DNA of 38,844 nucleotides from Patescibacteria group bacterium (GCA_018816485.1 JAHIVL010000061.1:1-38844); one strand, 5' to 3'. Shown: positions 9,711-18,226, counted from the stretch's first letter. Notes: generated from the letters alone by a model not told the origin. Translations and numbers: made by a program.

Positions 9711-10414
9711 TATTTATTCTTTGTTACGGTACGAACTTTTTTAGTTTTAAAATCTTTGATGATTTCACCATCTTTAAAAACAATCTGTCTTTTGGCAAAC
9801 TGGGCAATTTCTTCTTCATGTGTAACCATAACAATAGTTTTACCTTCTTTATGAAGTTTTAATAAGATATCCATAATTTCATCACCAGATTTTGAATCTA
9901 GGTTTCCTGTTGGCTCATCGGCAAAAATTATGGATGGATTGTTGACTAAAGCTCTAGCAATCGCAACTCTTTGCTGTTGTCCACCAGAAAGTTGGGCTGG
10001 AGTGTTGTGTAATCTGTCTCCTAGTCCAACTTTTTCTAAGATTTCTTTAGCTCTTTTCATTTGTTCAGAATGTTTCACTCCAGTATAAACTAGAGGGAGG
10101 GCAACATTCTCGATAGAAGATGTTCTGGCCAACAGATTAAATTGTTGGAAAATAAAACCAATTTCTATGTTTCGGAGTTTTGCTCTTTCAATTTCATTAT
10201 ATAAACTTACCTCTTTATCCTTGAGAAAAATTTGGCCACTTGTTGGTTCGGCCAAGATACTTGCGACTTGTAAAAAAGTTGATTTTCCAGATCCTGACGG
10301 ACCCATTATTGACACAAATTCACCATTTTTAACCTCTATAGATATATTATTTAGAGCTTTAATAAGGTTGTTACCTAGTTGATAATGTTTGGAAACATTT
10401 TTTAGTTTTAGCAT
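9710..10414 (-). CDS. ABC transporter ATP-binding protein (MacB/LolD-type)
   Basis: 234 aa. Walker A is GPSGSGKST, the ABC signature is [14 protein letters not shown] and Walker B is [12 protein letters not shown]. Confidence 0.92.
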   Translation of the reverse strand: MLKLKNVSKHYQLGNNLIKALNNISIEVKNGEFVSIMGPSGSGKSTFLQVASILAEPTSGQIFLKDKEVSLYNEIERAKLRNIEIGFIFQQFNLLARTSSIENVALPLVYTGVKHSEQMKRAKEILEKVGLGDRLHNTPAQLSGGQQQRVAIARALVNNPSIIFADEPTGNLDSKSGDEIMDILLKLHKEGKTIVMVTHEEEIAQFAKRQIVFKDGEIIKDFKTKKVRTVTKNK

Positions 10415-10436
10415 TTTTTGTAAATTCTCGTGAGTT

Positions 10437-11480
10437 TTATTGTTCTGGAACTACAATTTCATCAGATTCAGTTAGTCCTTCAAGAATTTCTATGATGTCA
10501 TCTGTTTCCAAACCAATTTTTATTTCTCTTTCTTCTGCCTGATTCTCTCCAGTTTTGACATTTACATATGTTTTATCGTTTCTTTGAGTTATTGAAATTG
10601 TTGGAATGGTAAGTACATCATCTTTGGTTTCGAGGACAATATGAATATCACCATTCATACCAATTCTCAGTAAATTGCCATCAGTTGCCTTATTTAAAGG
10701 AAATTCAATAACAAAAGCAGTGCCACTACTTGTCTCAGTACTTACAAAGGAAACATAACTTACAGTTGTTATGATTGTTTCGTTGGGATATGAATCTAAA
10801 ACTAGATTAGCAGTTTGACCCTCAGAAATAAAAGAGATATCAGATTCATCAACTGCGGCTCTAAATATTAGTGATTCTGGGTTGACGATTTCGAAGTAAT
10901 CACTAGCTAAGAGCTGTACTCCAGTAACTGCAGTTGGCGAGCTGGTTAAAATGCCTTCAAATGGGGCGTAAATAGCGGTATTTTTGATTGCTATATCTTG
11001 AATTTCAACATCGATGACAGTGTTATTTAAGTCCCATTGTTCTTTATCTACTGTTCTTTGTTCTGTAGTTTCAAGTGGTCGGTCTTTAATGTCATCAACT
11101 GTTGTTTCCCAATCCCATCGCTCTTTCATGTAGAGATTTAAGTCTTTTTGAAGGGTTTTGGCTAATGAGGCTCCATCAATTGTAGCAATTGTTTGCCATT
11201 TTTTTACAATATCACCTTCTTGGGCGCCTAAATAAACTACTTTTCCGCCTGCAATGAATCTTAAGCGAGCTTTTTGTTTAGCATCGACATGACCAGAAAC
11301 TTCTAGCATTTTAGTAATAGAATCCTTGACTGGATGTTCAAATTTGAGTTGATCATTATTTTTTGTGGCATTTGAGCGAGCTACGAAGACTAATATTAGT
11401 ATGATAACTATGGCAATTATAGAGGAGAGCTTCCATCTTTTCTTAATTTGACTGAGTACTGAATTAAAAATATTTTTCAT
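10437..11480 (-). CDS. efflux transporter periplasmic adaptor subunit (HlyD/MacA family)
   Basis: 347 aa with an N-terminal TM anchor. It has lipoyl/beta-barrel-like segments and is the first gene of the three-gene adaptor-ATPase-permease operon. Confidence 0.7.
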   Translation of the reverse strand: MKNIFNSVLSQIKKRWKLSSIIAIVIILILVFVARSNATKNNDQLKFEHPVKDSITKMLEVSGHVDAKQKARLRFIAGGKVVYLGAQEGDIVKKWQTIATIDGASLAKTLQKDLNLYMKERWDWETTVDDIKDRPLETTEQRTVDKEQWDLNNTVIDVEIQDIAIKNTAIYAPFEGILTSSPTAVTGVQLLASDYFEIVNPESLIFRAAVDESDISFISEGQTANLVLDSYPNETIITTVSYVSFVSTETSSGTAFVIEFPLNKATDGNLLRIGMNGDIHIVLETKDDVLTIPTISITQRNDKTYVNVKTGENQAEEREIKIGLETDDIIEILEGLTESDEIVVPEQ

Positions 11481-11582
11481 TATTTGTTTCTTTACTGAAA
11501 GGTGATTATAACATTGTAATCTATTGTTTGGAGTTTTGTGTTATATAATGATTTTGCAATCTTTTGAGCAGTTTGCACAAGT

Positions 11583-11655
11583 GAGTCGATAGCTCAGTTG
11601 GTAGAGCGGTAAGCTTATACCTTACTGGTCGGGGGTTCGAGTCCCTCTCGACTCA
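11583..11655 (+). tRNA. tRNA-Ile, anticodon UAU
   Basis: Hand-folded 73-nt cloverleaf. The acceptor is GAGTCGA/TCGACTC, the D arm GCTC-AGTTGGTA-GAGC, and the anticodon arm GTAAG-CTTATAC-CTTAC (positions 34-36 = TAT). The T arm is GGGGG-TTCGAGT-CCCTC and the discriminator is A. No CCA is encoded. Confidence 0.85.
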
Positions 11656-11658
11656 CAT
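11640..11658 (+). repeat. direct repeat copy 1 (tRNA-Ile 3' end, agtccctctcgactcacat)
   Basis: An identical 19-mer recurs at 11777-11795. Confidence 0.9.
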
Positions 11659-11697
11659 ATTTGTAAAAACCTAGCAATGCTAGGTTTTTACAAATAT
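11657..11697 (+). terminator. 19-bp perfect-stem hairpin directly after tRNA-Ile
   Basis: atatttgtaaaaacctagc-aat-gctaggtttttacaaatat. The right arm contains a T5 run and is followed by AT-rich sequence. Confidence 0.6.
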
Positions 11698-11776
11698 ATT
11701 TAAGATGATGAGGGACGTCCAGTGCCCGATCAAGCGAGTTTCTTTTGAAAAATATGGCATGAGCCTGACGAGGGTA

Positions 11777-11795
11777 AGTCCCTCTCGACTCACAT
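11777..11795 (+). repeat. direct repeat copy 2 (att-like duplicate of the tRNA-Ile 3' end)
   Basis: Identical to 11640-11658. No matching tRNA 5' half is present upstream. Confidence 0.9.
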
Positions 11796-11941
11796 TGGGT
11801 GATTATAGAATGATATAATTAGTTATAGTTAGTAACTATTTATATAAATTAAACAGCAAAATATAAATTATCAAAAATAGAATAATATGATGTGCCCCGA
11901 TAAAGAAAAATTCGATAATTTCGTCTTTAAGAGGATATGAT

Positions 11942-12118
11942 GTGAAAACAGAAACAATAAAAACATCCGATCTTGAGGTTAACTTGGATATTAAAAGCGT
12001 TGATTGGCAAGAAGTTGCTCAAGACATGCATGTTTTTGTTGAATATATTAGAGCTATTCTTAGAAGTGAACAGAACGTATTAATGTTAGCCTTGTTGGAC
12101 AACATAAAATGTGTATAG
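11942..12118 (+). pseudogene. possible 5' gene fragment (58 codons) truncated at a dispersed repeat
   Basis: GTG start preceded by the Shine-Dalgarno sequence aagagga at 6-nt spacing. The translation (VKTETIKTSDLEVNLDIKSVDWQEVAQDMHVFVEYIRAILRSEQNVLMLALLDNIKCV) looks protein-like. The stop codon lies inside the 52-bp repeat at 12106-12157. This ORF is not in the supplied ORF track. Confidence 0.3.
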
Positions 12119-12363
12119 TAATAGTTTAAAAATGTGCACTTTTCCTTGATCCTAGTAATACTACCAATTACACAAGGATCAAAGCAAACTAAGATTACAA
12201 CTTGTCTACCTCTAAAGCTAAACCAAACCCCATCCAATGCTAGATATCCGGATCTTTTTGGATGAAATATATTATCTATAGTTAAAAACTTTTGTAGTCT
12301 TTCTAGCAAATCGCTAAGTTTTTCATTCCACAAATCTAGATTTCCGTTATAATTTTCCAGCAA
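12019..12363 (-). pseudogene. DDE transposase-like fragment
   Basis: 114-aa ORF. The segment LALDGVWFSFRGRQVVILVCFD has the D-x2-aromatic-x4-G-x9-D spacing seen around the first catalytic Asp of IS6/IS1-type DDE transposases. The ORF is too short for an intact enzyme, its C-terminal third looks non-coding, and a possible N-terminal piece (MNPDQKIKIGGKSPVDI) lies upstream in another frame. Confidence 0.3.
12106..12157 (+). repeat. dispersed 52-bp repeat, copy 1
   Basis: aaaatgtgTatagtaatagtttaaaaatgtgcacttttccttgatcctagta. It matches 32059-32110 with one mismatch, in the same orientation. Confidence 0.9.
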
Positions 12364-12548
12364 TATCTACTGGTGATTTCCCACCAATCTTAATTTTTTG
12401 ATCTGGATTCATATATATTGTCGCTATCTGTTCCAAGAATTAAGATTTTATGTAGCTGTAAGAATCTTTTTTTGAAACTTTCTAAATCATCATAGTTACG
12501 TTATTTAACAAGAGTTAATTCACTTACCTTCAGCCAAAAAATTTACTC

Positions 12549-14066
12549 TTAATCCCTTCCCCGCCAAAAATATAGCTCAAGATACTGCATGCCTATTTTT
12601 TGAATATGGCATAGTTGTCTAAATGCACCATAAGCTTTTTCAGTCATTTTATTTTCTAAATCATGATCTAATAAAACTTTAATAAGTTCATTAGTAGATT
12701 CTTCAACTACCCCTTCTTTAACCACTGGCAAACCAGTTTCCTCCCATGGTTCTAGGTCATCACTATCTCCAACCTGAATGATTCCATTAATGTGACTCAA
12801 TATATCTTTGACTGCCACTGGATAGCCAAACATCATCATGATAATTTTTGCCCAAGCAGCCTCAATAGCCTGGTTGCCCCAACCTTCATGGGTAGGAACA
12901 TAAAGAACACCATCTACAATTCCGCTTTTAATGAAACTATAAAATGAGTGTTTACCAGCCGATTGATCCTCATTAGTATATTGAGCATCTGCCACAATGT
13001 CATCTCCAATAAAAACTAATTTTACGCCCATCTCTTTGGCGTACTCTTTAATTTTTGAATAATATTCACTATCAAAATCAGCCGATTGGATAACTAACAA
13101 AAAAATATTGCTTTCTGAATCAAATGTTTTAGAGCTACGTCCAACTCCATTTTCATGATTCTCTAGCAGCTTTCTTTTATCTTGAATGCTTTTCACGATT
13201 CTTATGGCTGTTTGATAGCCTTTATTTTTTCTAGTTCTGGTTGTAAGTGCCAAAACTAAATCATTTTCTTTAATGCCATATTTTTCTAGTAGCTCTTTTT
13301 TATCTTCTTGTGACATTTCTTCAACTTCTTTGTCAAAGTCGAAACCGTCTGGAATAAAGGTTGATACTACTCCTTTTCGCTTTTTTAATTCTGCTTGAGC
13401 TATAGTATTGATACAAATATGTCGAGTATTTTCAAAGTTTGGTGCTGTAATTTTATTCACAAGCTTGTTAATTTTTTCATATTTACTGACATATTTGGTT
13501 GCATCAGGTCCTTCCCAATAAAAATCATGATGATGTAAAATAAATCTAGTTTCTGGTCGATTTTTAATTACCTCGTGGACGGCAACTGCAGCCTGAATAT
13601 GTAAAAATGGCAAAGCTGAAAGATTTCTAATATGGACTATATCAAGTCTATTTTCATCAATAAATGTAATCATTTGCTGGTAAATAACATCAGCACCATT
13701 GTTAATTTTTGTTAACAGTGCATTTTCTTGTTGATCTAAAGTTTCTTGATCCAGATCTGCCATATCCTGATCTAAAATTTTATCTCTTAAACAAGTAACG
13801 TTTTTATTGTGGTAATCTAGTTCTGGAGAATTTGAACTGATCTCACTTTCTGTAGTATCGGCTGCTAGAGAAAAGGTTTTCGCCCCAAGACTATTTAAAA
13901 ATACTTGAGTTTCTTGTGCTTGTAGAGAAACTCCGTCTGTGCCATATAAAAAGTAGTGTATCTGTCCTATTTGTTTGTCCTTAATTATATTCGACATTTC
14001 TTCTAAAGAAAGTTTCGGTGTCTCAATTATTAATGGTCTTTTTTTAGCTTCTTCTTTTGCAAACAT
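12549..14066 (-). CDS. GT-B fold glycosyltransferase (GT4-like)
   Basis: 505 aa. The C-terminal PTHEGWGNQAIEAAWAK resembles the GT4 E-x7-E nucleotide-sugar binding motif. An HHHDFYWEG block is also present. Confidence 0.55.
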   Translation of the reverse strand: MFAKEEAKKRPLIIETPKLSLEEMSNIIKDKQIGQIHYFLYGTDGVSLQAQETQVFLNSLGAKTFSLAADTTESEISSNSPELDYHNKNVTCLRDKILDQDMADLDQETLDQQENALLTKINNGADVIYQQMITFIDENRLDIVHIRNLSALPFLHIQAAVAVHEVIKNRPETRFILHHHDFYWEGPDATKYVSKYEKINKLVNKITAPNFENTRHICINTIAQAELKKRKGVVSTFIPDGFDFDKEVEEMSQEDKKELLEKYGIKENDLVLALTTRTRKNKGYQTAIRIVKSIQDKRKLLENHENGVGRSSKTFDSESNIFLLVIQSADFDSEYYSKIKEYAKEMGVKLVFIGDDIVADAQYTNEDQSAGKHSFYSFIKSGIVDGVLYVPTHEGWGNQAIEAAWAKIIMMMFGYPVAVKDILSHINGIIQVGDSDDLEPWEETGLPVVKEGVVEESTNELIKVLLDHDLENKMTEKAYGAFRQLCHIQKIGMQYLELYFWRGRD

Positions 14067-14144
14067 GATACGTGGGTTACTATCAAAATAGTTTTAATTT
14101 TATATTGTATATCAAATATGTGAATTCTAAAGCAGTTGTATAGA

Positions 14145-14255
14145 TCACTCACATTTTGGAATATTACTTTTTAAAAAATTGATAGGCGACACATAGTTTA
14201 GTGAAGTGTGTGGTCTTCTGTAGTTATACCAATTTAAGTACTCTAATCCATAACT
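14145..14255 (-). pseudogene. C-terminal remnant of an rve-type (IS3/IS481-like) integrase/transposase
   Basis: The translation LEYLNWYNYRRPHTSLNYVSPINFL matches the conserved tail of the integrase core domain (YN..RPH.SL....P..F). No catalytic region lies upstream, and the rest of the 62-aa ORF overlaps the end of the LPXTG gene. Confidence 0.6.
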
Positions 14256-14272
14256 AGGCATTCTTAATATAT

Positions 14273-16330
14273 TTAAAGTAGTAGGAATAATGCTGTGCCG
14301 ACACCTAGTGTCACTAAGCCTGCCTTTAGCCAATTAAGCCAGTCTTCAGGACCAGTTTGTGGAAGAGTAGGTGGTAATTCCGGTTGAACTTGTGCTAATG
14401 GAACCGTACATGTGACAGAGTCAGGGTAGCTTTCTAATCTACATCTATTTGATCCATCAGCTGTTGTTAGACAGATATGACTACTGTTTGAACAGTCTGC
14501 ATTAGTCACACAAATTTCATTACAGCCTGGAGTTGGAGTGGAAGTAGGCGTAGACGTTGGAGTCGAAGTAGGTGTAGGAGTAGGAGTTGGCGTTGGCGTT
14601 GGCGTTGTAGCTGGAGAACAACTAGTGCTAGAAAGATTAGATTCTAGTCTGCAAACTTGATTATCTCCTGATTCATAACAAACGTAATCTTCACTAACTG
14701 TTTGACAGTTTGCATTGGTTTCACAAGCTTCGTTACAAGCATATTCTTCTTCCTCTTCAAAGATTGCTAGTGGTAATTCACATACATGAGAGGTGTCGTT
14801 GTCAGTAGTTACTGTAGCGACATTATTTAAGGTTTCTACAGTAGGGTTAGCAACGACCTGGACTTTAAATTCTATCGTTCTTACGTCAGTATCTTCAATT
14901 ACACCGTAATCTATGGTCACTCTTCTTGTAGTTGCATTGTATGTAATGCCATCAGTATTTTCGGCATCTTCAACAAAGATTAAACCTTCAGGGAGTTGAT
15001 CTACAACTATTACGTCTCCTGTTGTAGTTCCATTAGCATTGACAGAAACTCTGTAGACAAATTCTTGGCCTGGTTGAACTTCTGCATTAGCTAATATTTC
15101 TGTACCATCAAAGTCAGTGAATGCCTGCTTTTCAATACATTGAGCAGTTCCATGAGGTAGGATTGAGTGATTAACCTCACAGATACTACCAGTATCTAAT
15201 GGTTCTTTTTGTAAAGATTGAGGAGGGAAAATGTAGACGAGAGCACTATTAGTAAATTTGCCTAATTCTGGTTGATCAATTACTTTGACAACAAATCCGA
15301 GAGTTACTGTTTCATCTTCCAAGACTCCAAAGTTTACAAATATCGTGTTATCTCCAGCGTCATTAGATATATATTGTTCGCTAGAAGCTAAAGCTCTAAC
15401 AAATTCAAAATTATCTGGAATTAAGTCATAGAGCTTAACTTCACCATTCGTTTTGTTGGTTGCATCAACAGTAAGGTAATAAACGTATTCTTCACCTATA
15501 GTAAGAGCACTTCCAGCAGGCACAATTTCAGAAGCTGATTCAGCTGGGTCACCGGTATAAAGTTGTTTGCTCGTACATTCAGCAGTACCTGCTAGAATAT
15601 TAAATTGATATTGACAGGTTGATTTTGAATCAGCATTGTTATTTGTTGTTACTGTTGCAGAGTTAATAACTAATTGATCTGGAGCGGAAATAACTTCTAC
15701 CATAAACTCAACTTTGATTGTTTCATTTTTGGTCATGCCATCTAAATTAAGAGTAACAATATCCATATGTCCGCCATCCATATATCGAACTGTTAGTCCA
15801 GGTGTGTTACTAGAGTTTTCTACGAATTTTAAACTTTGTGGCAAAACATCAACAATCTCAACTGCGCCTTGAGTATCTTCAGGTGAAGATACAGTTAGAC
15901 TAAAGACAAGTTGATCACCAATATTAAACATACCTGGTTCAACTATTACTTTGATGGGCTTGGTAATTGCTTTGGCAGAGAAATCATCTTGAGCAATTTT
16001 GCTTTCGCAAATTGCATTTCCTTTTGGAACAGTGAAACTTGTTGCGCAGTAATTGTTGTTATCAGTAGTTGCGCTTGGTCTTGATGCTGGAGCATTAGGT
16101 GCTACTGGCGTAGTTTCTTCACCTTTTTGAGTTACTTGTTTTTGAGAAATGAAAACACCAGTCAATGCGACAACTATGAAGAAAATTATTCCAACAATAG
16201 CAAAAATATTTTTGAAATTATTTTTCTTTTTCGGAGTTGGGTTATTTTTGACCATATTAACATTACTACCAACACCAGTACTAGGAATTTTGGTATAAAA
16301 AGCTTGTGGTTGTGTGTTAGTGTTTTCCAT
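14273..16330 (-). CDS. LPXTG-type sortase-anchored surface protein with DUF11-like repeats, two 6-Cys modules and a PT linker
   Basis: 685 aa with an N-terminal signal-anchor TM. Three ~125-aa repeats carry D-LP-x-L-FV motifs (VDVLPQSLKFVENS, LYDLIPDNFEFVRA, VVDQLPEGLIFVED). The linker is TPTPTPTPTPTPTSTPTSTPTSTPTP. The C-terminus is LPQTG followed by a hydrophobic tail. Confidence 0.85.
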   Translation of the reverse strand: MENTNTQPQAFYTKIPSTGVGSNVNMVKNNPTPKKKNNFKNIFAIVGIIFFIVVALTGVFISQKQVTQKGEETTPVAPNAPASRPSATTDNNNYCATSFTVPKGNAICESKIAQDDFSAKAITKPIKVIVEPGMFNIGDQLVFSLTVSSPEDTQGAVEIVDVLPQSLKFVENSSNTPGLTVRYMDGGHMDIVTLNLDGMTKNETIKVEFMVEVISAPDQLVINSATVTTNNNADSKSTCQYQFNILAGTAECTSKQLYTGDPAESASEIVPAGSALTIGEEYVYYLTVDATNKTNGEVKLYDLIPDNFEFVRALASSEQYISNDAGDNTIFVNFGVLEDETVTLGFVVKVIDQPELGKFTNSALVYIFPPQSLQKEPLDTGSICEVNHSILPHGTAQCIEKQAFTDFDGTEILANAEVQPGQEFVYRVSVNANGTTTGDVIVVDQLPEGLIFVEDAENTDGITYNATTRRVTIDYGVIEDTDVRTIEFKVQVVANPTVETLNNVATVTTDNDTSHVCELPLAIFEEEEEYACNEACETNANCQTVSEDYVCYESGDNQVCRLESNLSSTSCSPATTPTPTPTPTPTPTSTPTSTPTSTPTPGCNEICVTNADCSNSSHICLTTADGSNRCRLESYPDSVTCTVPLAQVQPELPPTLPQTGPEDWLNWLKAGLVTLGVGTALFLLL

Positions 16331-16336
16331 TTTTAT

Positions 16337-18127
16337 TTAAATTTCTCTTGGTGCAACTGGTATCCAATCTTGACATGAGGTGCCAGTACATACTCTGCAT
16401 TGTACGGTGTGATTTAAGTACTGATTGATTTGATAGTTGAGTGAGATTGCAGACAATCCAGCTGGGTTAATTGCACTGCCTTGGACTATTGTTCCATTTG
16501 GCTCGGTTATTTTAAATTCGTAATTAATTTTATAGCCGCCCGGATTATCAGCAGCACATCTGAATTTGAGCACCATTCCAATTGAGAATGGATCAACTTT
16601 GGGATCGAGTTCATTATTATTTGCATCTAAAATTGCAACATCTTTACACATTAATTCTTCTACGACATCTGGTTTACAAGTTGTGGAGGTTGGATTTGAA
16701 ATTAATCTACATCTTTTATCATCACTGTTTACTGGACGTGTGCAGGACCATGCTGGATTAACAGCAGAACATTGAATATCTGTAGTGCAAATACTATTAC
16801 ACGTTAGTTCTACAACATCTTCCTCACAAGTTGTGGAGGTTGGATTTGAAATTAATCTACATCTTTTATCATCACTGTTTACTGGACGTGTGCAGGACCA
16901 TGCTGGATTAACAGCAGAACATTGAATATCTGTAGTACAAATACTATTGCATGCATACGTTGGTATCGGTGTCGAAGTTGGTGTAGATGTTGGAGTCGAA
17001 GTTGGTGTTGGAGTTGGAGTTCCGCCTGGACAACATCCATCACTCTGTACGCAGCAAATATAATCAGGAACACAGCAGGTCATTGCTTCTCCGTGCATAT
17101 TAACACACCATTCTCGATTAGAATCTTCACATATATCCTTGGTTGTTCCTGGGTCTTCACATTTAGCTATTGTACAGGCATCTCCATCTTGACAGTGACA
17201 AACCAGAGGTGGGGTACATTTGAGGCCGTCAAAACTACATGCATCGCCAACTTGACCCCCTCCATCTACACACTTCCCATCTACACATGTTTGACTTCCA
17301 GGATAAGGGCATGGAATCGTGTTGGAGCAAGTAGGCAGATCCAAGCATCCTTCGACATAGTTACAGTATTGATGGGCTAGACAACCTCCACAATCCTCAA
17401 CACAATTTCCATTTACCGGACCGTAGCCAGATTTACAAATACAAAGACCATTAACGCATTGCTCATTTGCACCGCATTTCTTATGCGTACATATATCACC
17501 TACATAGGCCTGCTGTCTTAAATCCTGATTTTGTTGTGACAAGAAAAACCCAGCTCCTGCGCCTACCACTATTAGTAGTAGAACAAATACGCCAGCAATT
17601 ACTTTTATGTTAAATTTCTTTTTTGGTTTAAGTCCATCATGTCTATCATCAAACCCCGGTGGTTTTTCCATAGCCGGTGGTGTGGTTGCTACCATAGCAG
17701 GTGTCAAAGCAGGCGATACCGATGAAGTCATAGCCGGTGGTGTGGTTGCTACCATAGCCGGTGTCAAAGCAGGCGATACCGATGTAGCCATAGCCGGTGG
17801 TGTGGTTGCTACCATAGCCGGTGTCAAAGCAGGCGATACCGATGGAGTCATAGTGGGTGGTTTTTTGGCAACAGTGTCTAAGGGGATATTCGCTGTAATA
17901 GGTAACTTAGGACCAAGGGATGCATTTGGAGTAGCTGACAATTGTTTATCAGAAGCTATTTTAGCCATAATATCTATATTATCTTTGGTAGATTCTTGAG
18001 GTGAAATTAGTGTTTCAATAACTTTAGAAGTTCCATCATTCACAGAAATATTTTTTGCTACAGTTGAAGCAAGGTTTGGTTCTGGGTTTGTATTTTGTGA
18101 TTTATTGTCGTTTGTAGCGTTGATCAT
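16337..18127 (-). CDS. single-pass membrane protein with an extremely Cys-rich ectodomain, PT linker and duplicated 6-Cys module
   Basis: 596 aa. The N-terminal region holds a 3x 20-aa repeat (TPSVSPALTPAMVATTPPAM), followed by the TM VIAGVFVLLLIVVGAGAGFFL. By my count there are about 28 Cys in ~165 residues. After the TPTPTPTSTPTSTPTSTP linker, CNSICTTDIQCSAVNPAWSCTRPVNSDDKRCRLISNPTSTTC occurs twice. Confidence 0.85.
   Translation of the reverse strand: MINATNDNKSQNTNPEPNLASTVAKNISVNDGTSKVIETLISPQESTKDNIDIMAKIASDKQLSATPNASLGPKLPITANIPLDTVAKKPPTMTPSVSPALTPAMVATTPPAMATSVSPALTPAMVATTPPAMTSSVSPALTPAMVATTPPAMEKPPGFDDRHDGLKPKKKFNIKVIAGVFVLLLIVVGAGAGFFLSQQNQDLRQQAYVGDICTHKKCGANEQCVNGLCICKSGYGPVNGNCVEDCGGCLAHQYCNYVEGCLDLPTCSNTIPCPYPGSQTCVDGKCVDGGGQVGDACSFDGLKCTPPLVCHCQDGDACTIAKCEDPGTTKDICEDSNREWCVNMHGEAMTCCVPDYICCVQSDGCCPGGTPTPTPTSTPTSTPTSTPIPTYACNSICTTDIQCSAVNPAWSCTRPVNSDDKRCRLISNPTSTTCEEDVVELTCNSICTTDIQCSAVNPAWSCTRPVNSDDKRCRLISNPTSTTCKPDVVEELMCKDVAILDANNNELDPKVDPFSIGMVLKFRCAADNPGGYKINYEFKITEPNGTIVQGSAINPAGLSAISLNYQINQYLNHTVQCRVCTGTSCQDWIPVAPREI
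16658..16950 (-). repeat. 2 x 150-bp near-identical in-frame tandem repeat (encodes the duplicated 6-Cys module)
   Basis: The stretch from 16676 is repeated from 16826 with near-perfect identity. The period is 150 nt (50 codons). Confidence 0.9.
17668..17847 (-). repeat. 3 x 60-bp in-frame tandem repeat
   Basis: catagccggtggtgtggttgctaccatagc[a/c]ggtgtcaaagcaggcgataccgatg... starts at 17668, 17728 and 17788. It encodes the 20-aa Pro/Thr/Ala repeat. Confidence 0.9.
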
Positions 18128-18226
18128 TTTGTATTCGCATTATCTTCGTAATAACAAAAATAAGTATTATAATACGTGTACTTAACAGGATACAAACATT
18201 ATCTATGTCAAGTCAATACCGAGTTT

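Noticed and set aside
11700-11795. Possible second tRNA or tmRNA-like gene ending in the duplicated tRNA 3' sequence.
   Set aside because: Only the T-stem 3' strand and acceptor 3' strand are duplicated. There is no complementary 5' acceptor strand, no TTCGA T-loop and no D arm, so it is better explained as an att-type repeat.
14145-14333. The 62-aa ORF considered as an intact small gene.
   Set aside because: Only its C-terminal ~30 aa resemble an integrase core tail. The N-terminal part overlaps the 3' end of the LPXTG gene in another frame, so it is treated as a pseudogene remnant.
16658-17847. Tandem repeats considered as a possible CRISPR array.
   Set aside because: The units are contiguous with no unique spacers. 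Their periods are 150 and 60 bp, they lie in frame inside a long ORF, and they encode protein repeats.
16127-17999. Plus-strand ORFs (16127-16378, 16566-16775, 16922-17380, 17607-17999) and the minus-strand nested ORF 16879-17073.
   Set aside because: These are shadow ORFs opposite or within the two large Cys-rich genes. Their repetitive low-complexity translations mirror the real repeats on the other strand.
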